Source of the DNA: a virus
Taxonomy: Duplodnaviria > Caudoviricetes
Reading direction: 5' to 3' (one strand)
DNA: 64,000 bases
Virus record (IMG/VR): IMGVR_UViG_3300033463_000093
Span: 1 to 64,000 of that record
A model generated the notes under the pieces. The model was not told the origin of the DNA. It was given only the letters and a program-made list of their open reading frames with translations, and made no database searches. Below, piece after piece: positions 55,675 through 64,000 of the stretch. Numbering within the stretch: position 1 is the first letter of the stretch; each line of letters begins with the position of its first letter. Position numbers and translations under genes: made by a program.

Positions 55675-56552
55675 GACCGATAGACTACGTCGTGCCGATG
55701 GTGTTCCATGGCGACCCGTTGTGGCAGGAGGATTTCCGCAAGGTGCACCTCCGCTATGACGAGCGGAACAAGTACGACTTTGTGCGTTTCCGCAGCTGGG
55801 ACACCGAGGAGCTGCTGATACGGTGCGTACGGAGGTTCATGCCCTTCGTGCGTACCATATATATCCTTCTCGCGCGTGAGAGCCAGAGGAAGCCGTGGAT
55901 GGACGTAAACGGCATCAGGGTGGTCTACCACAGGGAGTTCATCCCCGAGAAGTTCCTTCCGACGTTCAACAGCTGCGCCATCGAGATGTTCCTCCACAGG
56001 ATCCCCGGCCTTAGCGAGCGTTTCATCTACGGCAACGACGACATGTTCCCGCTTGCGCCACTGACGGAAAAGGACTTCTTCGAGGGCTATATCCCTTGTC
56101 TGAGGCATGGCGAGAAGCCTTTCCCTGACAACCCGAACATCTTCCATCTCTCTTGCAGGAACGGTCTCAACTTCGTCGCCTATGAGTTCGGGAAGAAGTA
56201 CACCGACACATGGGTCAAGGGCGGCCACAGCCTCACACCGATGCTGAAAGGCACATGGGAGTACCTGTGGAAGAGGGGCGGCGAGATTGAGGCGAGCATC
56301 AGCGCAGTCCGGGAGCCATGCAACTTCAACCAATGGCTATGCCCGTGGTGGCATTATCTGGCGGGCAACTATATCGACAGGGTCCCGTCGAGGACATACG
56401 TCAGCACAAGGAACAGCATCGAAGAAGTGGTGAAGGCCATGTCAACTTCAAAGGGAATCGTATGTGTCAACGACAATGAATGCGCCGACAACTACATGGA
56501 ATACGGCAACGCCGTCAAGGCTTGCATAGAAAAGATACTTGAAAAGAGATAA
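55665..56552 (+). CDS. Stealth-family hexose-1-phosphate transferase
   Basis: CR1 IDYVVPMV, CR2 LPTFNSCAIE..RIPGLSERFIYGNDDMF, CR4 CVND; GTG start. Confidence 0.88.
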   Translation: MEVRPIDYVVPMVFHGDPLWQEDFRKVHLRYDERNKYDFVRFRSWDTEELLIRCVRRFMPFVRTIYILLARESQRKPWMDVNGIRVVYHREFIPEKFLPTFNSCAIEMFLHRIPGLSERFIYGNDDMFPLAPLTEKDFFEGYIPCLRHGEKPFPDNPNIFHLSCRNGLNFVAYEFGKKYTDTWVKGGHSLTPMLKGTWEYLWKRGGEIEASISAVREPCNFNQWLCPWWHYLAGNYIDRVPSRTYVSTRNSIEEVVKAMSTSKGIVCVNDNECADNYMEYGNAVKACIEKILEKR

Positions 56553-56553
56553 T

Positions 56554-57015
56554 ATGGCAGAGATAGAACAACCTACGATAGACGTCCAGAAGATGCTCGA
56601 CGACCTTATCAGTCGTGAACCTGACGTGATAAAGGTGTGTGGCAAGAATCGTAAGATACACTGGCTCCATAACGGAACGGTGAGAAAGTTCTCGCACATC
56701 ATGATCAAGGATAAGAATCCGTGGAGACGAAACGTGAAGGTCTGTGCGTGCGTGTTTCTCAACAGGAAGTACGGGTTTATGACATGGCTGCTTCTGTGGT
56801 CATGGCATTGGATATACTGGAGATGGCTCTACTATATAAGGGACATCGACCAGGTAGAAGTGGCAAAGGTGCTTGACTGCGCCAAAAAAAAAATTCAGTT
56901 GGATCCATTAGCGATGGCTACCATATTGGCGACCGGGATGATGGACACGATGATGACGATGGCTCGACACGAGTATGGCCCAGCCGAACGAGGTGGGGAT
57001 CGGCCTACTCCCTGA
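56554..57015 (+). CDS. Tail assembly chaperone (G)
   Basis: Upstream of the tape measure; A10 run at 56884-56893. Confidence 0.7.
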   Translation: MAEIEQPTIDVQKMLDDLISREPDVIKVCGKNRKIHWLHNGTVRKFSHIMIKDKNPWRRNVKVCACVFLNRKYGFMTWLLLWSWHWIYWRWLYYIRDIDQVEVAKVLDCAKKKIQLDPLAMATILATGMMDTMMTMARHEYGPAERGGDRPTP

Positions 57016-57023
57016 GCGAGAAG

Positions 57024-57287
57024 ATGCCGTGGCTCCTTGAGAGAAAGTTCGGAATCAGGGCTTTTGACTATTGGTGGGGCTACACATCCTGCGAGATAGA
57101 GCTGATGGTCATGGACCAGCCGGTCATCAGTTACGGCAAGAGCAAGAACAAGCGCTCCATGATGGCTTCAAGAAAAGAGGTTGACGAGCTTGAACAGCTA
57201 CAGCAGAAATGGGAGAAGAAACGTAATGGCAGGACTTTCGTTGGACAGAAAGTTGACCTTGGGGAGTTCCTGAATCAGAAAATATAA
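57024..57287 (+). CDS. Tail assembly chaperone -1 frameshift extension (GT)
   Basis: The -1 frame is open from 56877 through this ORF. Confidence 0.65.
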   Translation: MPWLLERKFGIRAFDYWWGYTSCEIELMVMDQPVISYGKSKNKRSMMASRKEVDELEQLQQKWEKKRNGRTFVGQKVDLGEFLNQKI

Positions 57288-57317
57288 CACGAATATTCAT
57301 TTTTAAGACATAAAGGT

Positions 57318-60300
57318 ATGGCAGCAGCAGATAAACTTTGGTTAGAGCTTGGCGTCAGGGATGAGATATCAGATGTTTTGAAAAACCTTATGATAGGTGC
57401 TGAAAAACTTGCAGACGCACTGTCTGATGACTCAGCCGAGTTAAAAAATATATATAGAAACATCATGGACGTTGCCAACGTCTACGATAAGATATATATA
57501 GCACAGAAACGGATCAGTAGCCTCAAGGGCGTATCTCTCAGTGCGGAAGAGAAGAAGGGTCTGCGCGACATGACAAAGGACCTTGAAAAGATCAGAAAGC
57601 AGTTCGAACAAATCCTTAATGACCCTAACAGGCTTATGGAAAGCGGTGAGGCTCATTTTGACAAGATGAGGACGAACGTTGACCTCATGGTTAAAAGCAC
57701 TCTTCGTTATGTCGACAATATTGAAGCCAAAGAGGCCGCAGAGGCCAAGAATGCCGCCAATGAAGAGCGTCGTATAGACAGTCTGAAAGATAAGCTTTAT
57801 GAACTTCAGCGTTACAGGAAGCAGCTGTCTGATGCCATTGCGAATGCAGCGCCAGGAACAAACCTTGCAGACGCCACAAGCCTTATAAACGGACTTTCGT
57901 CAAGAATATCGGCAGTTCGTAGTGCTGAGCGTAACGGGAAAGGACTGCCAGCAAGTGCATCTGGTGCAGACTACGAGGAGTTTATCAAAAGGGTTACGGG
58001 AGAAGTGAGGAGTCTCACCTCTGCGACAAATGATTATGACAAGACGTTGAAAGAGAACGAACGTCTCCAAAGGTCGATCAACAAGATATACCTTGATACG
58101 CAAAGCGAAAAGAATATTGCGGGAATAAGAAGACAGACAAACGAATACACTGCCCTTGGGAAGAAACTTGGAGAGCTGGCAAAGCTCATGGCTGAGTTGA
58201 AAAAAGAGGAATCTGGAATAAAGAAAGGACTTATTACAGAGCCTACATATACAAGCGATAAAATTTCTGAACGCCTGAATGAAATAGACAGGACTTACAA
58301 AGAGGATCTTGCAATAGTCCGGCAAATGGAGAAGGATGACGCTGACGCCAAGAACAAGAAGGCGGCAGCAGCAAGAAGGGCGTCAGATGCGATTCAGGCC
58401 CTTTCTCACATGAACAGCAATCTCATCTCGTCGTACAACCGTGTTGCAGAGGCGGGGTCAAGAGCAAACAACATAACCATACAACTTCAACACCAACTGG
58501 CTGGCTATGCCGGCCTATACGGAATAGAGCGTATCTTAAAGTCCGTCATAACGATAGGTGGCCAGTTTGAGTTCCAACACGTTGCCCTACAGAACATCCT
58601 TGGTGACATGCAGCAGGCCAATACGCTGTTCAGGCAGTTACAGGATATGGCCGTAGAATCTCCAAAGACATTCATGGAGCTGACTGGTTATACAAAACAG
58701 CTTTCCGCATATCAGATTCCATACGAGGAGCTGTACGACACTACCAAGAGACTTGCAGACATATCCACCGGTCTCGGCGTTGACATGAGCCGCCTTATCC
58801 TCGCTTACGGTCAGGTGAGAAGCGCCGCCGTCCTCAGAGGACAGGAACTCCGTCAGTTTACGGAGGCGGGCATTCCGCTTGTACAAAAACTTGCAGAGAA
58901 GTTTACGCAGCTGAACGGGAAAGTTGTTACCACAGGAGAGGTTTTTAGCCTTATATCAAAACGTGCCGTACCATTCAAGATGGTTAAGGAAATCCTGTGG
59001 GATATGACAAACGAGGGAGGTCAGTTTGCAGATATGCAGAGCAAGCTTGCAGATACGCTTTACGGTAAATACCAGAAGCTTCAGGATACCTGGCAGATAA
59101 TGCTCGGAAGGATTGCCGACGGCAACGGCATGATGGGAAAGTTCCTGAAAGGCTCTATAGAAGGCGTTGTACAACTTGTCAATGTGTTGAACACTGTAGC
59201 CCCGCTTATCCTTGCTCCGTTTATCGGAAAAGGTATCGACAGTGCAAAGAAGGGAGCCAAGGGGCTTATTGGTAATATTACCGGTGAGACAGCAGTCCGC
59301 AATATGGAGATCGCCAAGCTCAAGCAAGCCAATGCATTAGAGAAGGAGCGTATTTTGAACGGAAGACAGCTGACTCAAATCGAGCAGGATATCGTCAGAC
59401 AGAAGAATGTGCTGACGAGTAATGAGTTGCGCCTCCTTCTCCTTGAGGATCAGATAACAGAGCGCCAGCTTGCCCAGATGGCAAATTCAGGTAAGATAAA
59501 CAAGTTCGCAGCAGCACGTCTTCTACTTGAGCAAGGCTATACAAAGGAACAGATACGTCAAATCCAGCTTGGAAAATATGAGATACTGAAAGGCGACTCT
59601 TTCATAAAGAAATCTGCAAAAGGTGTATGGAACTTCATGGGTGGCTGGATAGGAGCCGGCATGCTTGCTCTTGGTGCTTACGCCTCACTTGCCCAACGTG
59701 TGGACGAACAGGTTGAAAGGGCAAGACAGACGTCTGAAGCTGCGTCAAACGATATGCTTTCCGATTTCAGGCAGGTTAATGACCTGTATAATGAGGTTAG
59801 CAAAAAAGGTCCTGGCTCAACGGACGAGATGACCTCTTCAATACAGCGCATGACGTTTGCCCTGAAGCAAAGCGGAAGCTACACCAAAGAGCTTAACGAG
59901 ATGCTTGAGGGGACTGACGACATAAGGGAGAAGTACACGCTTTTGTATCAAGAACTTCAGAAGGTGTCAGACGAGTACCTTCGTATGAAGGAAAACGTAC
60001 AGGCGTATCTTGAGGCGGCAAACAGGGTCGGAGAAGGAAACTGGTTTACCAAGTTCTTCAACGACAACATGAACGAAGACATCAAGAACTGGGGTGACGC
60101 AAACATTGCAAAAAATGTTGCAAAAAAAGGCGTAGACAGATACAGTGCGGCCGTTAAGCTCCAGCTTGAATTGTTTTACAAAAATATAGGCAAATGGAAC
60201 GAGAAGGAGATGGCCGATCTCGACTGGCAGAGTCTTTTCGACAAGCTATCAGACCAGGAAAGGACGTTTTTCAAAAACTTCTTGGATGCAGGACGCAAGA

Positions 60301-63300
60301 GCGACTTTGACACGGCGGTGTATGAGTCTGTCAAGAAATACACTTCTGCAATAGATAAGCTGAAAGAGCAGGAAGAAGAGGTCGATTCCCAGATGCAGGA
60401 ATACGCCGACACCATCGAGGTTGCTCTTGGAGAGACCTTGTCGAAACGCGGGCTTGACTTGAAGGATATGCCAAAATGGGAGGACGAAGACCTTAAAAAG
60501 TTCCGTGACGCCATAAACGATGTGGTGAACAGCTACGACCTTGACTCTGAAACAAAACAGCGTTTCAAGGACAAGCTCTACGGCAAGCTGCTTGACGAAA
60601 ATCTCATAATAAGGATAAAGGCTCTCCCTGAATACAAGGAGGAGGAGTTGTCGGAATGGCAGCGTGGCGTTAATGAGTATTTCGAGAGCAACAAAATCAA
60701 CATCGTAGTTGATGCGCAAAGCTCTCTTGAAAGCGTGGAAAAAGAGCTTCAAAACAAGCACGAGGAGTTCCAGAACCAAATGGATCGTTCAGGAAAGATT
60801 CTTGTGTCCTTCGGTTTTGACCTCAGTAACCTTCCTAATGACATAGAGGAAGGCATAGGTATGCTCCGCCCGGAATATCAGGGTCTGGTTCGTCATGCTT
60901 TCGCTGAATTTATCGAAGGAAAAACCGGGACCGAAAAAACCACGCAGGCCGGCAAGGATCTTGGAATAAGCGTTGTCAAGAAGAATAAAGGGTCGAGTTC
61001 AGGAGGCTCAAAAAAGGACAAGAAACTTGACGAGATCAAGGAGGCGTATGAGCTTTACAAGAAATTCTTCTCCGAGCTCGAAAATGCCAGAAGCATCTAT
61101 GGGTCTGACGCAATGGGTTGGCTTAAAGAAAACGGTTTTTCGGAGGTCTTCGGATGGAAGGGGATTACTGACCTGACCAACTACGGACAGACTGTCAGGG
61201 AGCTCACAAAAGATTTCAAAGCCAACACCGATGAGCGCAAAAAGTTTGTCAACTCTATTGATGCAGACATTGTAACGCAGAAACGAAAAGAAGAGACCGA
61301 AGCGACCATGGAGTATGTCGAGGAGCTACAGAAGATGATGAACATCATGTCTGAGAGCTATAACACATACAAGAAGTGGTACGAGCTGACTGGTGACGAG
61401 AACCTTGCAGCGCGTATTGCTGGTGTAGCCGAGAACACCACCTACTCCACCTATCTCCGTGATCAGATGCAGAAGCAGCTCACCAAGACAAAGTACGCCG
61501 TATCTCCCGAAGATGTCTTTGGAATGAAGGAGGCGGAAGTTAAGAAACTCTTTGGTGAGAAGAGTGCCATCGCAAGCTATTGGAAGGCATGGCAGGATAA
61601 CGAGAAGGTCTTGAAAAAGGAAGAGCTTGACCGTTACGAGGAGGCCATTAAGAGCTCCAAGAGCTATGAAGACAAAATTGACGATATCAATCGTAAGCTG
61701 AAAGAACAAATCGCTTCGGTTGAAAAACTGGCAAGAAGCGACGAGGAACGTATCCGACTCACAGAACATCTGACAGAAAATGCAGAGAAAGATATCAGCA
61801 AGATTAAATGGGAACAGTTTAAGGATCAGTACAACTGGGGAGAAGTCTTTGGTGACCTTGGTAACGTGCCGCTAAGACAGCTTAAAAAACTTGTCAGCGC
61901 AATGAGGGAGTTGTCCAAAACGACAAGCCTGAGTGCAACCGAAGCAAAGGCTTTCCAAGAAGGAATGAGTAAGGTTGTGAACCAACAAGCCATCCTTGAT
62001 CCTTTGACGGGCATTAATTCTGCTTTGAGCAACTACACGGCGGCAAGGAAGGAGATAGCAAGACTCGAAGGGTTGCGTGAAGGTGTCAGACGTGGTTATT
62101 CACAATACACAAGCCAGTTTAAGGATGAAGATGCTCTTGACAAAGCTATAGAAAATGTAAGGAAGACAATGAATACGGCGCTTTCTGATTTGCAAAAGGC
62201 AATCAAAGCGCTTGCGAACAACATAAATACGCTTGGAACGGCACTCAAGAACATCGGTAATTCCGTTGGCGGGCCGTTAGGTGATGTTTTCAATGGGATT
62301 GGCAGCATCTTCGGAGGTCTTGGAAATAGTATTTCCGCAATATCTAATATTGACCTTAATGCACAAGGAATATCTGCTATTGCAAGTAAGGCAGGCGCTG
62401 TCGCAACTGTTGTTTCTGCAATGATAGACATGAACAAGCAGTTGTCGAAACTTCTCCCAGACTCCTATGATCAATACCAAAAATATGCAGAGAAAGCGCG
62501 CGAGGTAAATAAGCTTAGGGAAGCCGTGGATGACTATACGGTATCTGTAGCTAATGCAAAAGTTGCTGAAAGCCAATGGTTCGCCGGGAACAGTTTGTCT
62601 AAATTGCAGGCGGAAGGTGAGAAGGCGAAAGACACCCTGAAGTCATACTACAAAGAGCTTTATGAGGCTCAGGAGGCGTACCAAGAAAAAGGTGCTGGAA
62701 TCAGTAAGGCTATACTTCCGGCAACTATAGCAGCTGCCGTAGTAGCAGGTTTATTTACTTTTGGAGCAGGCTCTGCTCTTGTTGTAAGTATCGGAACTGC
62801 TCTTGCGTCTGCTCTTGGAAGTGCAGCTCTTGGAGCGGCTGTTACTGCGGCTATTGCTGCTGGCGTTGGTTCTGCGATAGGCCAGATAATACAATCTGCG
62901 GTCTCTGGTATCACATACAAAGACGGTCAGGTCGATGCTCGAAGTAACATGAAGATACAGACCCAGCATTCAAGCTTCTGGAGAGGAGAGAAGACACAAA
63001 ATCTTGAGGAATGGGCAAGAGAACAACTTCATGCAGAATTGTTCGACGACGAAGGACTTGTCAATCTTGAAGCGGCAGAACAAATTCTTGAAAAATACGG
63101 AAACAAGCTTGTCGGCGATACAGAAGAAACTCTGAAAAGGCTTGTTGCTTTACGAAAAGAGTATGATGAGTTTATAAGAAATATTGAGGAGTATGTAGGA
63201 GAGATCGGAACGTCGCTTTCTGACAACATGACAAACGCTATGTGGGATTGGCTAACAAGCGGCAAAGATGCTCTTGACAGCTTTAAAGAGTATGCTAACG

Positions 63301-63857
63301 ACACATGGAAGAGTATAGCTCAGGATATTGTTAAGACTTTCATGAAAGTGACTGTGCTTGACAAATATTCAGACACCATGAAGGAGCTATTCAAAGCATG
63401 GAGTCTCGGAGGGATGTCTGATAGCGATCTCGTCTCGGCTGTAAGTGCGATAGCAGGAGCAATAACGACGGATTTCCAGAACGCACTCCCTGTTGCACAA
63501 CAGCTTATCGAGATGGTAAACAGAGCGTTTGGAAGCCAAGGGTTTGATATTACCGGAAGCGATAGCGGCTCTTCCACAGGTTCCTCTATTAAGAGCATAA
63601 CAGAAGGAACGGCGGATTTGTTGGCTGGTTATATTAATGCCATCAGGGCAGACGTTGGTATGAATCGTATCATGATAGCACAGTACTATCCGCAGTTTAT
63701 GAATGCCATGACCCAGGGAAACATAATAGCAGACGCACAACTTGCTCAGCTGAGGATGGTAGTACAGAACACCGGAAGGAATGCAGGCTTGGTAGAGCAG
63801 ATATACGATCTGTTACATCGTGTGGCCCCAGACGGCACCAAATGGAATGTCAGATAG
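57318..63857 (+). CDS. Tape measure protein (2179 aa)
   Basis: Long helical protein; SPKTFMEL..LADISTGLGVDMSRLILAYGQV..ELRQFTEAGIP tape-measure domain. Confidence 0.95.
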   Translation: MAAADKLWLELGVRDEISDVLKNLMIGAEKLADALSDDSAELKNIYRNIMDVANVYDKIYIAQKRISSLKGVSLSAEEKKGLRDMTKDLEKIRKQFEQILNDPNRLMESGEAHFDKMRTNVDLMVKSTLRYVDNIEAKEAAEAKNAANEERRIDSLKDKLYELQRYRKQLSDAIANAAPGTNLADATSLINGLSSRISAVRSAERNGKGLPASASGADYEEFIKRVTGEVRSLTSATNDYDKTLKENERLQRSINKIYLDTQSEKNIAGIRRQTNEYTALGKKLGELAKLMAELKKEESGIKKGLITEPTYTSDKISERLNEIDRTYKEDLAIVRQMEKDDADAKNKKAAAARRASDAIQALSHMNSNLISSYNRVAEAGSRANNITIQLQHQLAGYAGLYGIERILKSVITIGGQFEFQHVALQNILGDMQQANTLFRQLQDMAVESPKTFMELTGYTKQLSAYQIPYEELYDTTKRLADISTGLGVDMSRLILAYGQVRSAAVLRGQELRQFTEAGIPLVQKLAEKFTQLNGKVVTTGEVFSLISKRAVPFKMVKEILWDMTNEGGQFADMQSKLADTLYGKYQKLQDTWQIMLGRIADGNGMMGKFLKGSIEGVVQLVNVLNTVAPLILAPFIGKGIDSAKKGAKGLIGNITGETAVRNMEIAKLKQANALEKERILNGRQLTQIEQDIVRQKNVLTSNELRLLLLEDQITERQLAQMANSGKINKFAAARLLLEQGYTKEQIRQIQLGKYEILKGDSFIKKSAKGVWNFMGGWIGAGMLALGAYASLAQRVDEQVERARQTSEAASNDMLSDFRQVNDLYNEVSKKGPGSTDEMTSSIQRMTFALKQSGSYTKELNEMLEGTDDIREKYTLLYQELQKVSDEYLRMKENVQAYLEAANRVGEGNWFTKFFNDNMNEDIKNWGDANIAKNVAKKGVDRYSAAVKLQLELFYKNIGKWNEKEMADLDWQSLFDKLSDQERTFFKNFLDAGRKSDFDTAVYESVKKYTSAIDKLKEQEEEVDSQMQEYADTIEVALGETLSKRGLDLKDMPKWEDEDLKKFRDAINDVVNSYDLDSETKQRFKDKLYGKLLDENLIIRIKALPEYKEEELSEWQRGVNEYFESNKINIVVDAQSSLESVEKELQNKHEEFQNQMDRSGKILVSFGFDLSNLPNDIEEGIGMLRPEYQGLVRHAFAEFIEGKTGTEKTTQAGKDLGISVVKKNKGSSSGGSKKDKKLDEIKEAYELYKKFFSELENARSIYGSDAMGWLKENGFSEVFGWKGITDLTNYGQTVRELTKDFKANTDERKKFVNSIDADIVTQKRKEETEATMEYVEELQKMMNIMSESYNTYKKWYELTGDENLAARIAGVAENTTYSTYLRDQMQKQLTKTKYAVSPEDVFGMKEAEVKKLFGEKSAIASYWKAWQDNEKVLKKEELDRYEEAIKSSKSYEDKIDDINRKLKEQIASVEKLARSDEERIRLTEHLTENAEKDISKIKWEQFKDQYNWGEVFGDLGNVPLRQLKKLVSAMRELSKTTSLSATEAKAFQEGMSKVVNQQAILDPLTGINSALSNYTAARKEIARLEGLREGVRRGYSQYTSQFKDEDALDKAIENVRKTMNTALSDLQKAIKALANNINTLGTALKNIGNSVGGPLGDVFNGIGSIFGGLGNSISAISNIDLNAQGISAIASKAGAVATVVSAMIDMNKQLSKLLPDSYDQYQKYAEKAREVNKLREAVDDYTVSVANAKVAESQWFAGNSLSKLQAEGEKAKDTLKSYYKELYEAQEAYQEKGAGISKAILPATIAAAVVAGLFTFGAGSALVVSIGTALASALGSAALGAAVTAAIAAGVGSAIGQIIQSAVSGITYKDGQVDARSNMKIQTQHSSFWRGEKTQNLEEWAREQLHAELFDDEGLVNLEAAEQILEKYGNKLVGDTEETLKRLVALRKEYDEFIRNIEEYVGEIGTSLSDNMTNAMWDWLTSGKDALDSFKEYANDTWKSIAQDIVKTFMKVTVLDKYSDTMKELFKAWSLGGMSDSDLVSAVSAIAGAITTDFQNALPVAQQLIEMVNRAFGSQGFDITGSDSGSSTGSSIKSITEGTADLLAGYINAIRADVGMNRIMIAQYYPQFMNAMTQGNIIADAQLAQLRMVVQNTGRNAGLVEQIYDLLHRVAPDGTKWNVR

Positions 63858-63892
63858 AAAAGAGCAGGGAAACAACCCTGCTCTATTTTTTG
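63858..63892. terminator. Bidirectional terminator
   Basis: AAAAGAGCAGGG-AAACAA-CCCTGCTCTATTTTTT. Confidence 0.75.
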
Positions 63893-64000
63893 TATTTCAA
63901 ACAAACACACATTTTATAGTCTTTTATCTCTCCAGAAGGAAACCTCACGGGAAGTATTAATTCACATACGCTTCTTCCATGACTTTTTATGCTGCTGTCA
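63883..64000 (-). CDS. 3' end of a convergent gene (partial)
   Basis: Open frame ..DSSIKSHGRSVCELILPVRFPSGEIKDYKMCVCLKYKK* ending in the terminator. Confidence 0.45.
   Translation of the reverse strand, partial: DSSIKSHGRSVCELILPVRFPSGEIKDYKMCVCLKYKK

Noticed and set aside
1-64000. Stop-codon reassignment (as in some gut phages)
   Set aside because: Long genes are intact in code 11, and TAG, TAA and TGA all end genes.
1-64000. Host chromosome flank or insertion sequences
   Set aside because: No housekeeping genes, rRNA or transposases seen; phage genes run from end to end.

Overview
The whole window is bacteriophage DNA, most likely a temperate siphovirus of a Bacteroidota (Prevotella/Bacteroides-like) host. 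Basis: TAnnTTTG promoters, A-rich ribosome-binding regions without Shine-Dalgarno, and Bacteroidota-phage gene families. No host sequence or prophage edge is visible. Layout: end of tail-fibre module and lysis genes (1-4843, +); AT-rich block of small accessory genes (5.1-12.8 kb, -); lambda-like replication/recombination module (12.8-19 kb, -); CI/Cro switch, a putative intact attP and an integrase (19-21.7 kb); a second tyrosine recombinase followed by a ~13 kb array of small early genes (22-36 kb, -); a non-coding divergence region (36.2-37 kb); D5-like primase-helicase, PI-PLC-like and RuvC-like genes (37-41 kb, +); a conserved unknown operon plus terminase/portal (41-48.6 kb, -); tRNA-Ala; head, neck and tail genes and the tape measure (48.9-63.9 kb, +). 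Top leads: (1) the early-gene array is punctuated by 17 copies of a TAGTCT + hairpin + TTAACC boundary element beside a spare tyrosine recombinase, suggesting an integron-like cassette or RNA-processing system; (2) three virion proteins end in poly-Ser-Glu tails and two glycosyl/phosphoglycosyl transferases sit inside the tail operon, suggesting virion glycosylation; (3) a 116-nt tRNA-like RNA with a 52-nt loop in place of the anticodon. Product names come from recognising motifs by eye; no database searches were run.
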